Shown: positions 1 through 15,800, counted from the stretch's first letter. The stretch: DNA of 64,000 nt from Eledone cirrhosa (GCA_964016885.1 OZ024741.1:151838001-151902000), one strand, 5' to 3'. Made by a program: numbers and translations. Notes: a model not told the origin generated them from the sequence alone.

Positions 1-716
1 ACGAACATGCCAGACAACAACACGACGGTAACATAGACAACATAGAAATTAGAATAATATCTAAACATAGAAATGACCCAGCAGATAGGCAAATCAGAGA
101 GGCGAGTGAAATAGAACTTAGAAGGGCAAGACTAAACAGAAAGAATGAATGGAATAACAACACCCAAACAAACAACACTGACCTAAGAGAAGTATAAATA
201 AATAAATAGGTAAATAAATAAATACATACACAAGCACAATAACAACAAACACATATAAACACACACTAGTAAAGATAGAATACATTAACCGATACACAGT
301 CACCCAATCACGAACACACATCAAACAAAACACTATACAAACACGCAAACGCATGCGCAAAGAAGACAAAATAAAATAAACAAACAAACAAACAAATAAA
401 TAAATATATAGACAGACTAAATAATAATGGCGTAGACATACAATGGAACGGGAGGAAACTATAGCACCACTGACGATGTTGCAGATATGCAACGAAAGAA
501 CTTTGATAAACTATATATATGTGTTTGTGTCTATATTGTATCTGTATTATTTTTGACCGTCGGTCAGTCAATGGCAACATTGAGGACCGAATAAATTAGA
601 TTACCGATATAAAAGACACAGAAGCGAAAAGCGAAAACCAACCACACAGTGAGTGTGTTCTGTTATTAATTCTGGCAATATTACACAAATATGACCCTCC
701 CCAAGTATAACAATAT
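1..716 (+). mobile_element. 3' end of Penelope-like element (GIY-YIG C-terminus, 3' UTR/pLTR with HHR), ending in (TA)n
   Basis: 1-~336 is near-identical to 46124-46450 (EHARQQHDGNIDNIEIRIISKH...). 482-716 is the reverse complement of 44455-44689. Confidence 0.85.
459..515 (+). ncRNA. Degenerate minimal type I hammerhead ribozyme in Penelope pLTR
   Basis: CTGACGA (470-476), T, helix II GTTGCA-gata-TGCAAC, GAAA (494-497). Helix III and helix I are imperfect. Confidence 0.6.
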
Positions 717-1064
717 ATATATATACATATATATATATACATATATATATATATACATACACACACACACATACACATGTATACATATACATATATATAT
801 TTACACACACAAACACCACACACACACACACACACACATATATATAAATATATATATATATATATATGCACATAATAAATTTCGTTTTTAAATTTAAAAA
901 ATGGAAAGAAGTAGGTGGAGAGGTTATACCAGCTCAAATTACGGTAACTTATTATAATAAACTGTACATAAGGGTAAGTTTTATATATATATATATTAAA
1001 TATTTACTCTTGATTGGCCAGAGGTGTTTATTTCCAGGTACCTTATGAATTTGAGTTTCCGTAT

Positions 1065-1510
1065 TTATTACTGTTGTGAAATATTGTGGCTTTTTTTGGT
1101 TGTAACTTCTCTGTTTTTTAGCCTAGGAAAATATATATATATGCCTACGTATATAATTACATGCATATATGTATTTATTTTCTTTTATTAATTGAGTTCT
1201 TTACACGAGGAATTAATATTGGTTTTGAAATAACTAATTAACCCGCGTGTGTTTTATATTTTACTCTTAATAATTCGGCCGAAGAATTTATATTCCCATT
1301 TGCCCTTTATAGCATAACTTTCTGCATTTACTGCGGTTATGAGAAGCGGTTCTTATTCGGGTACAACTTTGGATTTAGCCTAAGAAAATATCTATATGCG
1401 TGTGTAATTTATACAAGCATATATTTATTTTTTATTTTCAATTGAGTTCTTAAACACGTTGGATTGATAATGTTTTCAAAAAAACTAATTAACCCGCGTG
1501 TATATTATTT
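1065..1510. repeat. Two diverged direct repeats, period ~255 bp
   Basis: Shared blocks TTTAGCCTA.GAAAATAT, AATTGAGTTCTT and AACTAATTAACCCGCGTGT occur twice in the same order. Confidence 0.6.
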
Positions 1511-1997
1511 TTTTCCTCATTTCGTGAGTTGTCTCCCCTTCCCGCTTTGTGTCGCTATGATACTTCCTCAGTCAAAAACTGCTGGAATTTCAAATTTGGC
1601 GGTCATTCAAGGCGAGAGAGAGCTACTTTACGGACATGATTTTTGACAGCGGTAAGAAATTGTTTTCTTATATCAATGTTTAATGGGCTTCCACTGATGA
1701 TTTATAAGTGCCCACCTAAATATATTCTTACATGAATATATATTAGGCTTCTACATAAACTGGAAACATTCTCCCAAACTTGTAGAAAACTTATAATGAA
1801 ACAATTGTTTGGAAAGAGAGATATACTTTAACTTTAATTATATCTCATAAAATAATACAACTGGTTTTTCCACATTATACATATTGTTAGCACCCCAAAC
1901 ACTTAAATTGGATTTATATTTTAATATAACCTAATGTTTGTTGAGTGAGATGGTTACCAGTCAGAGTTTAGCTTTAAACTATCTCTGTTATTGTATT

Positions 1998-2044
<47 letters not shown>

Positions 2045-2068
2045 TTACCTACCTACCTATCTATCTAT

Positions 2069-2546
2069 AAGAGGCGGTTTTCCTATGTGTTATGGCTATG
2101 GTGAAATAGATTATATGGTGGACGAGGTTAAAAGGGCTGAGGTCAGAAAACCTTTCTCTCCGGCGAGCAACTGATTCATTTTTTCAAATATCATTTTGGA
2201 AGAATAATCAGAATAGAGAGAGGGGTGCTGTACCCCAGCAACATTTTATAAAAGGTGAGTGAATGTGGCAAAGATGGCCCGAGTGGTTGGGCCTTCTCTC
2301 TATATAAGCCTGTAGGTTGAGGAAAAGGAGGAAGAGAGGAAGGGAGTACTTACTCTTGGTGCTCCTGGAGATGAGGGTTGTACATTTTTTCGGTGTGTGT
2401 ACAATCCCTGCGTAATGCCTCCCCCTATTGGGGATTTCAATTGTTATTTGTTATTTTATTAATAGTTTTATTTTCATATACTTGTATGTAAACTCCTCAT
2501 TTGTATTTGTCCCCTTCATTTGTGCCCTTGTGGCTAATAAAGAAAT
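2069..2546 (+). mobile_element. 5'-truncated older copy of the Tx1/L1-like LINE family (ORF2 C-terminus + 3' UTR)
   Basis: Aligns by eye with 62355-62575 and ends GCCCTTGTGGCTAATAAAGAAAT like 62886-62908. Flanked by TATC repeats. Confidence 0.75.
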
Positions 2547-3190
2547 TTATCTATCTCTCTATATATATAAACAGAGGGAGATACAGAGAGAGAGAGAGAT
2601 AAACAGTTATAAAATACAAGAGAATTTACTTATATTGCTTCCTACTGTAGACACCCACTTTCGTGAAATGTCACGTTGACGCACACGTTATACGATACAT
2701 ATATACACCCCCGCGTATGTTCATTGCGTATAATTAAGACCTGTATGAATAGTTGTAGGATATCAATGTTATCCATTTTACACCCACATCTATGATATTT
2801 GTATTATGTACCCACATCTATGAAAGCTGTAGGATTGCACCCACTCAAAAATATGCACGTAGAGCAGGTGAGTAAATGCACTGAGATATCGGGTGACATA
2901 TCTGTCTGTTGTCTGTCTGTCTGTCTGTTTTTCTACCTGTTTATTTACACGTGTGCATATAAATATATATACATATATAAATATGTGATAAATTATATAT
3001 TGGGTAGTAACATAACTTCCCGCCGTTCTTGTTATTAAGAAGATTTATGACAATGGCAGGAATTCGTGTTACAACCCAATATATTTGTGCTGCGTGTGTT
3101 AATAAACATGTATATATATATACATGCATATACATATTTCTGCGTGCCTGTTTATAAACATGTATGTATATATATATATATATATATATA

Positions 3191-3240
<50 letters not shown>

Positions 3241-3289
3241 TATATATATATATGTATGTATATATATATATACATTATATATATATATG

Positions 3290-3332
<43 letters not shown>

Positions 3333-3337
<5 letters not shown>

Positions 3338-3522
3338 AACCAGTAAGACCCCGACAGCTGAGCTCAAGCCGTTTCGACGGCTAATTCCGGAATTAGCCGT
3401 CGAAACGGCTTGAGCTCAGCTGTCGGGGTCTTACTGGTTCCTATTACCCACTCTACTACCTCAAGTATTGAGTACTTTGGTGCGTTATGGTCCACCTGGT
3501 TCCCTACCACATTTCCTTCGTT
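3333..3522 (+). mobile_element. Short pLTR-like element with perfect 112-bp fold-back palindrome (3333-3444)
   Basis: 56-bp arms centred on 3388/3389. The right arm carries an HHR-like GAAACGGC 3' half. (TA)n on both sides. Homologous to 3563-3715 and 36101-36280. Confidence 0.75.
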
Positions 3523-3562
3523 ATATATATATATATATATATGTATTAATATATATATATAT

Positions 3563-3715
3563 AAAACAAAGAGGGTGTGGTAAGATACCAGGTGGAATAT
3601 AACGCACCAGAGTACTCAATACTTAGGGTAATAGAGTGGGTAATAGGAAAAGAGTCAGGACCCAGACGGCTAAGCGCCGGCCGTTTCGTAGGCTTGATCC
3701 GATCTAAGCCATCAG
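3563..3715 (-). mobile_element. Diverged copy of the same short family, tail-to-tail with 3391-3522
   Basis: Shares AACGCACC..AGTACTCAATACTT.GG.TA.TAGAGTGGGTAATAGGAA. Minus strand reads CTGATGGCTT...AAGCCTAC-GAAACGGCCG (degenerate HHR). Confidence 0.7.
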
Positions 3716-3878
3716 TATATATGTTTGTGAGTGTGTGAGTGTGTGTGTTACAATAGGTATACATATATGTATATATGTATACATATATGTTTATATGTAT
3801 ATATGTATCTCTATTCAGACGTGTGTGTTTACAGACGTGTGTGTTTCAGACGTATGTGTTTACTGTATTTATGTAAAG

Positions 3879-6800
3879 TTGTGATGTTTGTGGCTACGAG
3901 TGTCCCCTCCACAATGTTGTGACATCTGTGGTTATGACTCTCCCCACCACAATGTTGTGATGTCTGTGGTTATGACTCTCCCCACCACAATGTTGTGATG
4001 TCTGTGGTTATGACTCTCCCCTCCACAATGTTGTGACATCTGTGGTTATGACTCTCCCCACCACAATGTTGTGATGTCTGTGGCTACGACTGTCCCCTCC
4101 ACAATGTTGTGATGTCTGTGGCTATGACTGTCCCCTCCACAATGTTGTGAAATCTGTGGTTATGACTGTCCCCACCACAATGTTGTGATGTCTGTGGCTA
4201 CGACTGTCCCCTCCACAATGTTGTGATGTCTGTGGCTATGACTGTCCCCTCTACAATGTTGTGATGTCTGAGGCTACGACTGTCCCCTCCACAATGTTGT
4301 GATGCCTGTGGCTATGACTGTCCCCTCCACAATGTTGTGATATCTGTATCTATGACTGTCACCTCCACAATATTGTGATGTCTGTGGCTATGACTGTCCC
4401 ATCCACAATGTTGTGATGTCTGTGGCTATGACTGTCCTCTCCACAATGTTGTGATGTCTGTGGCTATGACTGTCCCCTCCACAATGTTGTGACATCTGTG
4501 GCTATGACTGTCCCCTCCACAATGTTGTGATGTCTGAGGCTACGACTGTCCCCTCCACAATGTTGTGATGTCTGAGGTTACGACTGTCCCCTCCACAATG
4601 TTGTGATGTCTGTGGCTATGACTGTCCCCTCCACAATGCTGTGATGTCTGTGACTATGACTGTCCCCTCCACAATGCTGTGATGTGTGTGGCTATGACTG
4701 TCCCCTCCACAATGGTGTGATGTCTGTGGCTATGACTGTCCCCTCCACAATGCTGTGATGTGTGTGGCTATGACTGTCCCCTCCACAATGCTGTGATGTC
4801 TGTGGCTATGACTGTCTCCTCCACAGTGTTGTGATGTCTGTAGCTAGAACTGTCTCCTCCACAATGTTGTGATGTATGTGACTATGACTGTCCCCTACAT
4901 AATCTTGTCATGTCTGTGGCTACGACTGTCTCCTACACAATGTTGTGATGTCTGCGGCTATGACTGTGCCCTCCATAATGTTGTGATGTCTGTGGCTATG
5001 ACTGTCTCCTCCATATGTTGTGACATCTGTGGCTATGACTGTCCCTCCACAATGTTGGAATGTCTGTGGCTATGACTGTCCGGTCCACAATGTTGTGACA
5101 TCTGTGTCTACGACTCTCCCATCCACAATGTTGTGATATCTGTAGCTATGACTGTCCTCTCCAAAATGCTGTGATATCTGAGGCTATGACTGTCGCCTCC
5201 ACTATGTTGTGATCTCTGTGGCTATGACTGTCCCCTCAAAAATATTGTGATATATGTGGCTATAACTGTCCCCTCCACAATGTTTTGATGTATGTGGCTA
5301 TGACTGTCCCCTCAACAATGTTGTGATATCTGTGGCTATGACTGTCCCCTCAACAATGTTGTGATATCTGTGGTTATGACTGTCCGCTCCACAATGGTGT
5401 GATGTCTGTGGCTATGACTGCCCCCCCCCCCCACAATGTTGTGATGGCTGTAGCTAAGACTGTCCTCTCCACAAAGTAGTGATGACTGTGGCTATGACTG
5501 TCCCCTCCACAATATTGTGATATCTGTGGCTATGACTGTCCCCTCCACAATGCTGTCATATCTGTGGCTATGACTGTCTCCTCCACAATGTTGTGATGTC
5601 TGTGGCTATGATTCTCCCCCTCCACAATGTTGTGATATATGTGGCTATGACTGTCCCCTCACCAATGCTGTGATGTCTGTGGCTATGACTGTCCCATCCA
5701 CAATGTTGTTATGCCTATGGCTATGACTGTCCCCTCCATAATGTTGTGATGTCTGTAGCTATGACTGTCCCCTCCATAATGTTGTGATGTCTGTGGCTAT
5801 GACTGTTCCCTCCACAATGTTGTGATGTCTGTGGCTATGACTGTCCCCACCATAATGTTGTGACGTCTGTAGCTACGAGTGTCCCCTCCACAACGTTGTG
5901 ATGTCTGTGGCTATGACTCTCCCCTCCACAATTCTGTGACGTCTGTGGCTACGACTGTCCCCTCCACAATGTTGTGATGTTTGTGGCTACGACTTTCCCC
6001 TCCACAATGTTGTGACATCTGTGGTTATGACTCTCCCCACCACAATGTTGTGATGTCTGTGGCTACGACTGTCCCCTCCACAATGTTGTGATGTCTGTGG
6101 CTATGACTGTCCCCTCCACAATGTTGTGAAATCTGTGGTTATCACTGTCCCCACTACAATGTTGTGATGCTTGTGGCTGTGACTGTCCACTCCACAGTGT
6201 TGTGATATCAGTATCTATGACTGTCCCATCCACAATGTTGTTGATGTCTGTGGCTATGACTGTCCTCTCCATAATGTTGTGAGGTCTGTGGCTATGACTG
6301 TCCTCTCCACAATGTTGTGATGTCTGTGGCTATGACTGTCCCCTCCACAATGTTGTGACATCTGTGGCTATGACTGTCCCCTCCACAATGTTGTGATGTC
6401 TGAGGCTACGACTGTCCCCTCCACAATGTTGTGATGTCTGTGGCTATGACTCTCCCCTCCACAATGCTGTGATGTCTATGGCTATGACTGTCCCCTCCTC
6501 AATGTTGTGACATATGTGGCTATGATTTTTCCCTCCACAATGTTGTGTTATCTGAAGCTATGTCTGTCCCCTCCACAATGTTGAGATATCTGTAGATATG
6601 ACTGTCCCCTCCATAACGTTGTGATGTCTGTGGCTATGACTGTCCCCTCCACAATGTTGTGATATCTGTGGCTACGACTGTCCCATCCACAATGTTGTGA
6701 TATCTGTGGTTATGACTGTCACCTCCAAAATACTGTGACGTCTGTGGCTATGACTGTCTCCTCCACAATGCTGTGATGTCTGTGGCTATGACCTTCCCCT

Positions 6801-9800
6801 CCACAATGGTGTGACGTCTGTGGCTATGACTGTCCCCTCCACAATGTTGTGTTATCTGAAGCTATGACTGTCCCCTCAACAATGTTGAGATATATGTAGA
6901 TATGACTGTCCCCTCCATAACGTTGTGATGTCTGTGGCTATGACTGTCCCCTCGACAATGTTGTGATATCTGCGGCTATGACTGTCCCCTCCACAATGGT
7001 GTGATGTCTGTGGCTATGACTGTGCCCTCCACAATGCTGTGATGTCTGTGGCTATGACTGTCTCCTCCACAGTGTTGTGATGTCTGTAGCTAGAACTGTC
7101 TCCTCCACAATGTTGTGATGTATGTGACTATGGCTGTCCCCTACATAATCTTGTCATGTCTGTGGCTACGATTGTCTCCTCCACAATGTTGTGACGTCTG
7201 CGGCTATGACTGTCCCCTCCATAATGTTGTGATGTCTGTGGCTATGACTGTCTCCTCCATATGTTGTGAGATCTGTGGCTATGACTGTCCCTCCACAATG
7301 TTGGAATGTCTGTGGCTATGACTCTCCCCTCCACAATGTTGTGACATCTGTGTCTACGACTCTCACGTCCACAATGTTGTGATATCTGTAGCTATGACTG
7401 TCCTCTCCAAAATGTTGTGATGTCTGAGGCTATGACTGTCCCCTCCACAAAGCTGTGATATCTGAGGCTATGACTGTCGCCTCCACTATGTTGTGATCTC
7501 TGTGGCTATGACTGTCCCCTCAAAAATATTGTGATATCTGTGGCTATAACTGTCCCCTCCACAAGGCTGTGATATATGTGGCTATAACTGTCCCCTCCAC
7601 AATGTTTTGATGTATGGGGCTATGACTGTCCCCTCAACAATGTTGTGATATCTGTGGTTATGACTGTCCGCTCCACAATGGTGTGATATCTGTGGCTATG
7701 ACTGTCCCCTCCACAATGTTGTGATGTCTGTGGCTATGACTGTCCCCCCTCCCCCCACAATGTTGTGATGTCTGTAGCTAAGACTGTCCTCTCCACAAAG
7801 TAGTGATGACTGTGGCTATGACAGTCCCCTCCACAATGTTGTGATGTATGTTGCTATGACTGTCCCATCCACAATGTTGTGATGTCTGTGGCTATGACTC
7901 TCCCCTCCACAATGTTGTGATATATGTGGCTATGACTGTCCCCTCCACAATGCTGTGATGTCTGTGGCTATGACTGTCCGCTCACAATGTTGTTAGGCCT
8001 ATGGCTATGACTGTCCCCTCCATAATGTTGTGATGTCTGTGACTATGACTGTACCCACCATAATGTTGTGATGTCTGTCGCTATGACTGTCCCCTCAACA
8101 ATGTTGTGATATATGTGGCTATGACTGTCACCTCCACAATGCTGTGATGTCTGTGGCTATGACTGTCCCCTCACAATGTTGTTAGGCCTATGGCTATGAC
8201 TGTCCCCTCCATAATGTTGTGATGTCTGTAGCTATGACTGTCCCTCCATAATGTTGTGATGTCTGTGACTATGACTGTACCCACCATAATGTTGTGATGT
8301 CTGTAGCTACGAGTGTCCCCTCCACAACGTTGTGATGTCTGTGGCTATGACTGTCCCCTCTACAATGCTGTGAAATCTGTGGCTATGACTGTCTCCCACT
8401 CAATGTTGTGAAGACTGTGGCTATGACTGTCCCCTCCACAATGCTGTGATGTCTGTGGCTATGACTGTCCCCTCCACAATGTTGTGATGTCTGTGGCTAT
8501 TACTGTCCTCTCCACAATGTTGTGATATCTGTGGCTATGACTGTCCCCTCCACAATGTTGTGACGTCTGTGGCTATGATTCTCCCCTACACAATGTTGTG
8601 ATGTCTGTGGCTATGACTGTCCCCTCCACAATGTTGTGATGACTGTTACTATGGCTCTCCTCACCACAGTGTTGTGATGTCTGTGGCTATGACTCTCCCT
8701 TCCACAATGCTGTGATGACTGTGGCAATGACACTGCTCTCCACAATGTTGTGATGTCTGTGGCTTTGACTCTCCCCTCCACAATGTTGTGATGTCTGTGG
8801 CTATAACTGTCTCCTCCACAATGCTGTGATGTCTGTCGCTATGACTGTCCCCTCCACAATGGTGTTATGTCTGTGGCTATGACTGTCCCCTCCACAATAT
8901 TGTGATGTCTGTGGCTGTGACTGACCCTCCACAATGTTGTGATGCCTGTGGCTATGACTGTCTCCTCCACTATGTTGTGATATCTGTGTCTATGACTGTT
9001 CCCTCCACAATATTGTGATGTCTGTGGCTAGGACTGTCGCATCCATAATGTTATGATGTCTGTGGCTATGACTGTCTCCTCCATAATGTTGTGATGTCTG
9101 TGGCTATGACTGTCCTCTCCACAATGTTGTGATGTCTGTGGCTATGACTGTCCCTTCCATAATGTTGTGATGTCTGTGGCTATGACTGTCCTCTCCATAA
9201 TGTTGTGAAGTCTGTGGCTATGACTGTCCTCTCCACAATGTTGTGATGTCTGAGGCTATGACTGTCCACTCCACAATGTTGTGACATCTGTGGCTATGAC
9301 TGTCCCCTCCACAATGTTGTGATGTCTGAGGCTACGACTGTCCCCTCCACAATGTTGTGATGTCTGTGGCTATGACTGTCCCCTCCTCAATGTTGTGACA
9401 TCTGTGGCTATGATTTTTTCCTCCACAATGTTGTGATATATGTATCTATGTCTGTCCCCTGCACAATGTTGTGATGTCTGTGGCTATGACTGTCCCCTCC
9501 ACAATGTTGTGATGTCTGTGGCTATGACTGTCTCCTCCACAATGTTGTGATATCTGTAGCTATGACTGTCCCCTCAATAATGTTGTGATGTCTGTGGCTA
9601 TGACTGTCCCCTCCACAATGCTGTGATGTCTGTGGCTATGACTGTCCCCTCCACAATGTTGTTATGTCTATGGCTATGACTGTCCCCTGCACAATGTTGT
9701 GATGTCTGTGGCTATGACTGTCCCCTCCACAATGTTGTTATGCCTATGGCTATGACTGTCCCCTCCATAATGCTGTGATGTCTGTAGCTATGACTGTCCC

Positions 9801-12800
9801 CTCCATAATGTTGTGATGTCTGTGGCTATGACTGTTCCCTCCACAATGTTGTGATGTATATGGCTATGACTGTCCCCACCATAATGTTGTGATGTCTGTA
9901 GCTACGAGTGTCCCCTCCACAACGTTGTGATGTCTGTGGCTATGACTGTCCCCTCTACAATGATGTGAAATCTGTGGCTATGACTATCTCCCCCTCAATG
10001 TTGTGAAGACTGTGGTTATGACTGTCCCCTCCACAATGCTGTGATGTCTGTGGCTATTATTCTCCCCTCCACAATTCTGTGATGTCTGTGGCTATGACTG
10101 TCCCCTCCACAATGTTGTTATGCCTATGGCTATGACTGTCCCCTCCATAATGCTGTGATATCTCTAGCTATGACTGTCCCCTCCACAATGTTGTGATGTC
10201 TGTGGCTATTACTGTCCTCTCCACAATGTTGTGATATCTGTGGCTATGCCTGTCCCCTCCACAATGTTGTGACGTCTGTGGCTATGATTGTCCCCTACAC
10301 AATGTTGTGATGTCTGTGGCTATGACTGTCCTCTCCACAGTGTTGTGATGTCTGTGGCTATGACTCTCCCTTCCACAATGCTGTGATGACTGTGGCAATG
10401 ACACTTCTCCCCACAATGTTGTGATGTCTGTGGCTTTGACTCTCCCCTCCACAATGTTGTGATGTTTTTGGCTATAACTGTCTCCTCCACAATGTTGTGA
10501 TGTCTGTCGCTATGACTGTCCCCTCCACAATGGTGTTATGTCTGTGGCTATGACTGTCCCCTCCACAATGTTGTGATGTCTGTGGCTATGACTAACCCTC
10601 CACAATGTTGTGATGTCTGTGGCTATGACTGTCCCCTCCACAACGTTGTGATGTCTGTGGCTATGACTGGCCCCTCCACAATAGTGTGATGTCTGTGGCT
10701 ATGACTGTCCTCGCAACAATGTTGTGATGTCTGTGTCTATGACTGTCCCCTCCACAATGTTGTGATGCCTGTGGCTATGACTGTCTCCTCCACAATGTTG
10801 TGATATCTGTGTCTATGACTGTTCCCTCCACAATATTGTGATGTCTGTGGCTATGACTGTCGCATCCACAATGTTGTGATGTCTGTGGCTATGACTGTCT
10901 CCTCCATAATGTTGTTATGTCTGTGGCTACGACTGTCCCCTCCATAATGTTGTGATGTCTGTGGCTATGACTGTCCTCTCCACAATGTTGTGATGCCTGT
11001 GGCTATGACTGTCCCTTCCATAATGTTGTGATGTCTGTGGCTATGACTGTCCTCTCCATAATGTTGTGAAGTCTGTGGCTATGACTGTCCTCTCCAAAAT
11101 GTTGTGATGTCTGAGGCTATGACTGTCCACTCCAAAATGTTGTGACATCTGTGGCTATGACTGTCCCCTCCACAATGTTGTGATGTCTGAGGCTACGACT
11201 GTCCCCTGCACAATGTTGTGATGTCAGTGGCTATGACTGTCCCCTCCACAATGTTGTTATGTCTGTGGCTATGACTGTCTCCTCCACAATGTTGTGATAT
11301 CTGTAGCTATGACTGTCCCCTGCACAATGTTGTGATGTCAGTGGCTATGACTGTCCCCTCCACAATGTTGTTATGTCTGTGGCTATGACTGTCTCCTCCA
11401 TAATGCTGTGATGTCTGTGGCTATGACTGTCCCCTCCATAATGTTGTGATGTCTGTGGCTATGAATTCGCCTCCATAATGTTGTGAAGTCTGGGGCTACG
11501 ACTCTCCCCTCCACAATATTGTGATATATGTGGCTATGACTGTCCCCTCCACAATGCTGTGATGTCTGTGGCTATGACTGTCCCCTCCATAATGTTGTGA
11601 TGTCTGTAGCTATGAGTGTCCCCTCCACAACGTTGTGATGTCTGTGGCTATCACTGTCCCCTCCACAATGCTGTGATGTCTGTGGCTATGACTGTCCCCT
11701 CCATAATGTTGTGATGTCTGTAGCTATGAGTGTCCCCTCCACAACGTTGTGATGTCTGTGGCTATCACTGTCCCCTCCACAATGTTGTGATATCTGTGGC
11801 TATGACTCTCCCCTCCACAATATTGTGATGTCCGTGGCTATGACTGTCCCCTCCACAATGTTGTGATGTCTGTGACTATGACTGTCTCCTCCACAATGTT
11901 GTGATGTCTGTCGCCTTGACTGTCCCCTCCACAACGGTGTTATATCTGTGGCTATGACTGTCCCCTCCACGATGTTGTGATGTCTGTGGCTATAACTGAC
12001 CCTCCACAATGTTGTGATGGCTGTGGCTATGACTGTCCCCTCCACAATGTTGTGATGTCTGTGGCTATGACTCTCCCCTCCACAATGTTGTGATGTATGT
12101 GTCTAAGACTGTCCCCTCCACAATGTTGTGATGCCTATGGCTATGACTGTCCCCTCCACAATGTTGTGATATCTGTGGCTATGACTGTCCCCTCCACAAT
12201 GTTGTGATGTTTGTGGCTATGACTGTCCCCTCCATAATGTTGTGATGTCTGTGGCTATGACTGTCCCATCCACAATGTTGTGATGTTTGTGGCTATGACT
12301 GTCCCCTCCATAATGTTGTGATGTCTGTGGCTATGACTGTCCCATCCACAATGTTGTGATGCTTGTGGCTATGACTGTCCCCTCCATAATGTTGTGATGT
12401 CTGTGGCTATGACTCTCCCCTCCACAATGTTGTGATATATGTGGCTATGACTGTCCCCTCCACAATGCTGTGATGTCTGTGGCTATGACTGTCCGCTCAC
12501 AATGTTGTTAGGCCTATGGCTATGACTGTCCCCTCCATAATGTTGTGATGTCTGTAGCTATGACTGTCCCCTCCATAATGTTGTGATGTCTGTGACTATG
12601 ACTGTACCCACCATAATGTTGTGATGTCTGTCGCTATGACTGTCCCCTCAACAATGTTGTGATATATGTGGCTATGACTGTCACCTCCACAATGCTGTGA
12701 TGTCTGTGGCTATGACTGTCCCCTCACAATGTTGTTAGGCCTATGGCTATGACTGTCCCCTCCATAATGTTGTGATGTCTGTAGCTATGACTGTCCCCTC

Positions 12801-15800
12801 CATAATGTTGTGATGTCTGTGACTATGACTGTACCCACCATAATGTTGTGATGTCTGTAGCTACGAGTGTCCCCTCCACAACGTTGTGATGTCTGTGGCT
12901 ATGACTGTCCCCTCTACAATGCTGTGAAATCTGTGGCTATGACTGTCTCCCACTCAATGTTGTGAAGACTGTGGCTATGACTGTCCCCTCCACAATGCTG
13001 TGATGTCTGTGGCTATGACTGTCCCCTCCACAATGTTGTGATGTCTGTGGCTATTACTGTCCTCTCCACAATGTTGTGATATCTGTGTCTATGACTGTCC
13101 CCTCCACAATGTTGTGACGTCTGTGGCTATGATTCTCCCCTACACAATGTTGTGATGTCTGTGGCTATGACTGTCCCCTCCACAATGTTGTGATGACTGT
13201 TACTATGGCTCTCCTCTCCACAGTGTTGTGATGTCTGTGGCTATGACTCTCCCTTCCACAATGCTGTGATGACTGTGGCAATGACACTGCTCTCCACAAT
13301 GTTGTGATGTCTGTGGCTTTGACTCTCCCCTCCACAATGTTGTGATGTCTGTGGCTATAACTGTCTCCTCCACAATGCTGTGATGTCTGTCGCTATGACT
13401 GTCCCCTCCACAATGGTGTTATGTCTGTGGCTATGACTGTCCCCTCCACAATGTTGTGATGTCTGTGGCTGTGACTGACCCTCCACAATGTTGTGATGCC
13501 TGTGGCTATGACTGTCTCCTCCACTATGTTGTGATATCTGTGTCTATGACTGTTCCCTCCACAATATTGTGATGTCTGTGGCTAGGACTGTCGCATCCAT
13601 AATGTTGTGATGTCTGTGGCTATGACTGTCTCCTCCATAATGTTGTGATGTCTGTGGCTATGACTGTCCTCTCCACAATGTTGTGATGTCTGTGGCTATG
13701 ACTGTCCCTTCCATAATGTTGTGATGTCTGTGGCTATGACTGTCCTCTCCATAATGTTGTGAAGTCTGTGGCTATGACTGTCCTCTCCACAATGTTGTGA
13801 TGTCTGAGGCTATGACTGTCCACTCCACAATGTTGTGACATCTGTGGCTATGACTGTCCCCTCCACAATGTTGTGATGTCTGAGGCTACGACTGTCCCCT
13901 CCACAATGTTGTGATGTCTGTGGCTATGACTGTCCCCTCCTCAATGTTGTGACATCTGTGGCTATGATTTTTTCCTCCACAATGTTGTGATATATGTATC
14001 TATGTCTGTCCCCTGCACAATGTTGTGATGTCTGTGGCTATGACTGTCCCCTCCACAATGTTGTGATGTCTGTGGCTATGACTGTCTCCTCCACAATGTT
14101 GTGATATCTGTAGCTATGACTGTCCTCTCAATAATGTTGTGATGTCTGTGGCTATGACTGTCCCCTCCACAATGCTGTGATGTCTGTGGCTATGACTGTC
14201 CCCTCCACAATGTTGTTATGTCTATGGCTATGACTGTCCCCTGCACAATGTTGTGATGTCTGTGGCTATGACTGTCCCCTCCACAATGTTGTTATGCCTA
14301 TGGCTATGACTGTCCCCTCCGTAATGCTGTGATGTCTGTAGCTATGACTGTCCCCTCCATAATGTTGTGATGTCTGTGGCTATGACTGTTCCCTCCACAA
14401 TGTTGTGATGTCTATGGCTATGACTGTCCCCACCATAATGTTGTGATGTCTGTAGCTACGAGTGTCCCCTCCACAACGTTGTGATGTCTGTGGCTATGAC
14501 TGTCCCCTCTACAATGATGTGAAATCTGTGGCTATGACTATCTCCCCCTCAATGTTGTGAAGACTGTGGTTATGACTGTCCCCTCCACAATGCTGTGATG
14601 TCTGTGGCTATTATTCTCCCCTCCACAATTCTGTGATGTCTGTGGCTATGACTGTCCCCTCCACAATGTTGTTATGCCTATGGCTATGACTGTCCCCTCC
14701 ATAATGCTGTGATATCTCTAGCTATGACTGTCCCCTCCACAATGTTGTGATATCTGTGGCTATGCCTGTCCCCTCCACAATGTTGTGACGTCTGTGGCTA
14801 TGATTGTCCCCTACACAATGTTGTGATGTCTGTGGCTATGACTGTCCTCTCCACAGTGTTGTGATGTCTGTGGCTATGACTCTCCCTTCCACAATGCTGT
14901 GATGACTGTGGCAATGACACTTCTCCCCACAATGTTGTGATGTCTGTGGCTTTGACTCTCCCCTCCACAATGTTGTGATGTTTTTGGCTATAACTGTCTC
15001 CTCCACAATGTTGTGATGTCTGTCGCTATGACTGTCCCCTCCACAATGGTGTTATGTCTGTGGCTATGACTGTCCCCTCCACAATGTTGTGATGTCTGTG
15101 GCTATGACTAACCCTCCACAATGTTGTGATGTCTGTGGCTATGACTGTCCCCTCCACAACGTTGTGATATCTGTGTCTATGACTGTTCCCTCCACAATAT
15201 TGTGATGTCTGTGGCTATGACTGCCGCATCCACAATGTTGTGATGTCTGTGGCTATGACTGTCTCCTCCATAATGTTGTTATGTCTGTGGCTACGACTGT
15301 CCCCTCCATAATGTTGTGATGTCTGTGGCTATGACTGGCCCCTCCACAATAGTGTGATGTCTGTGGCTATGACTGTCCTCGCAACAATGTTGTGATGTCT
15401 GTGTCTATGACTGTCCCCTCCACAATGTTGTGATGCCTGTGGCTATGACTGTCTCCTCCACAATGTTGTGATATCTGTGTCTATGACTGTTCCCTCCACA
15501 ATATTGTGATGTCTGTGGCTATGACTGTCGCATCCACAATGTTGTGATGTCTGTGGCTATGACTGTCTCCTCCATAATGTTGTTATGTCTGTGGCTACGA
15601 CTGTCCCCTCCATAATGTTGTGATGTCTGTGGCTATGACTGTCCTCTCCACAATGTTGTGATGTCTGTGGCTATGACTGTCCCTTCCATAATGTTGTGAT
15701 GTCTGTGGCTATGACTGTCCTCTCCATAATGTTGTGAAGTCTGTGGCTATGACTGTCCTCTCCACAATGTTGTGATGTCTGAGGCTATGACTGTCCACTC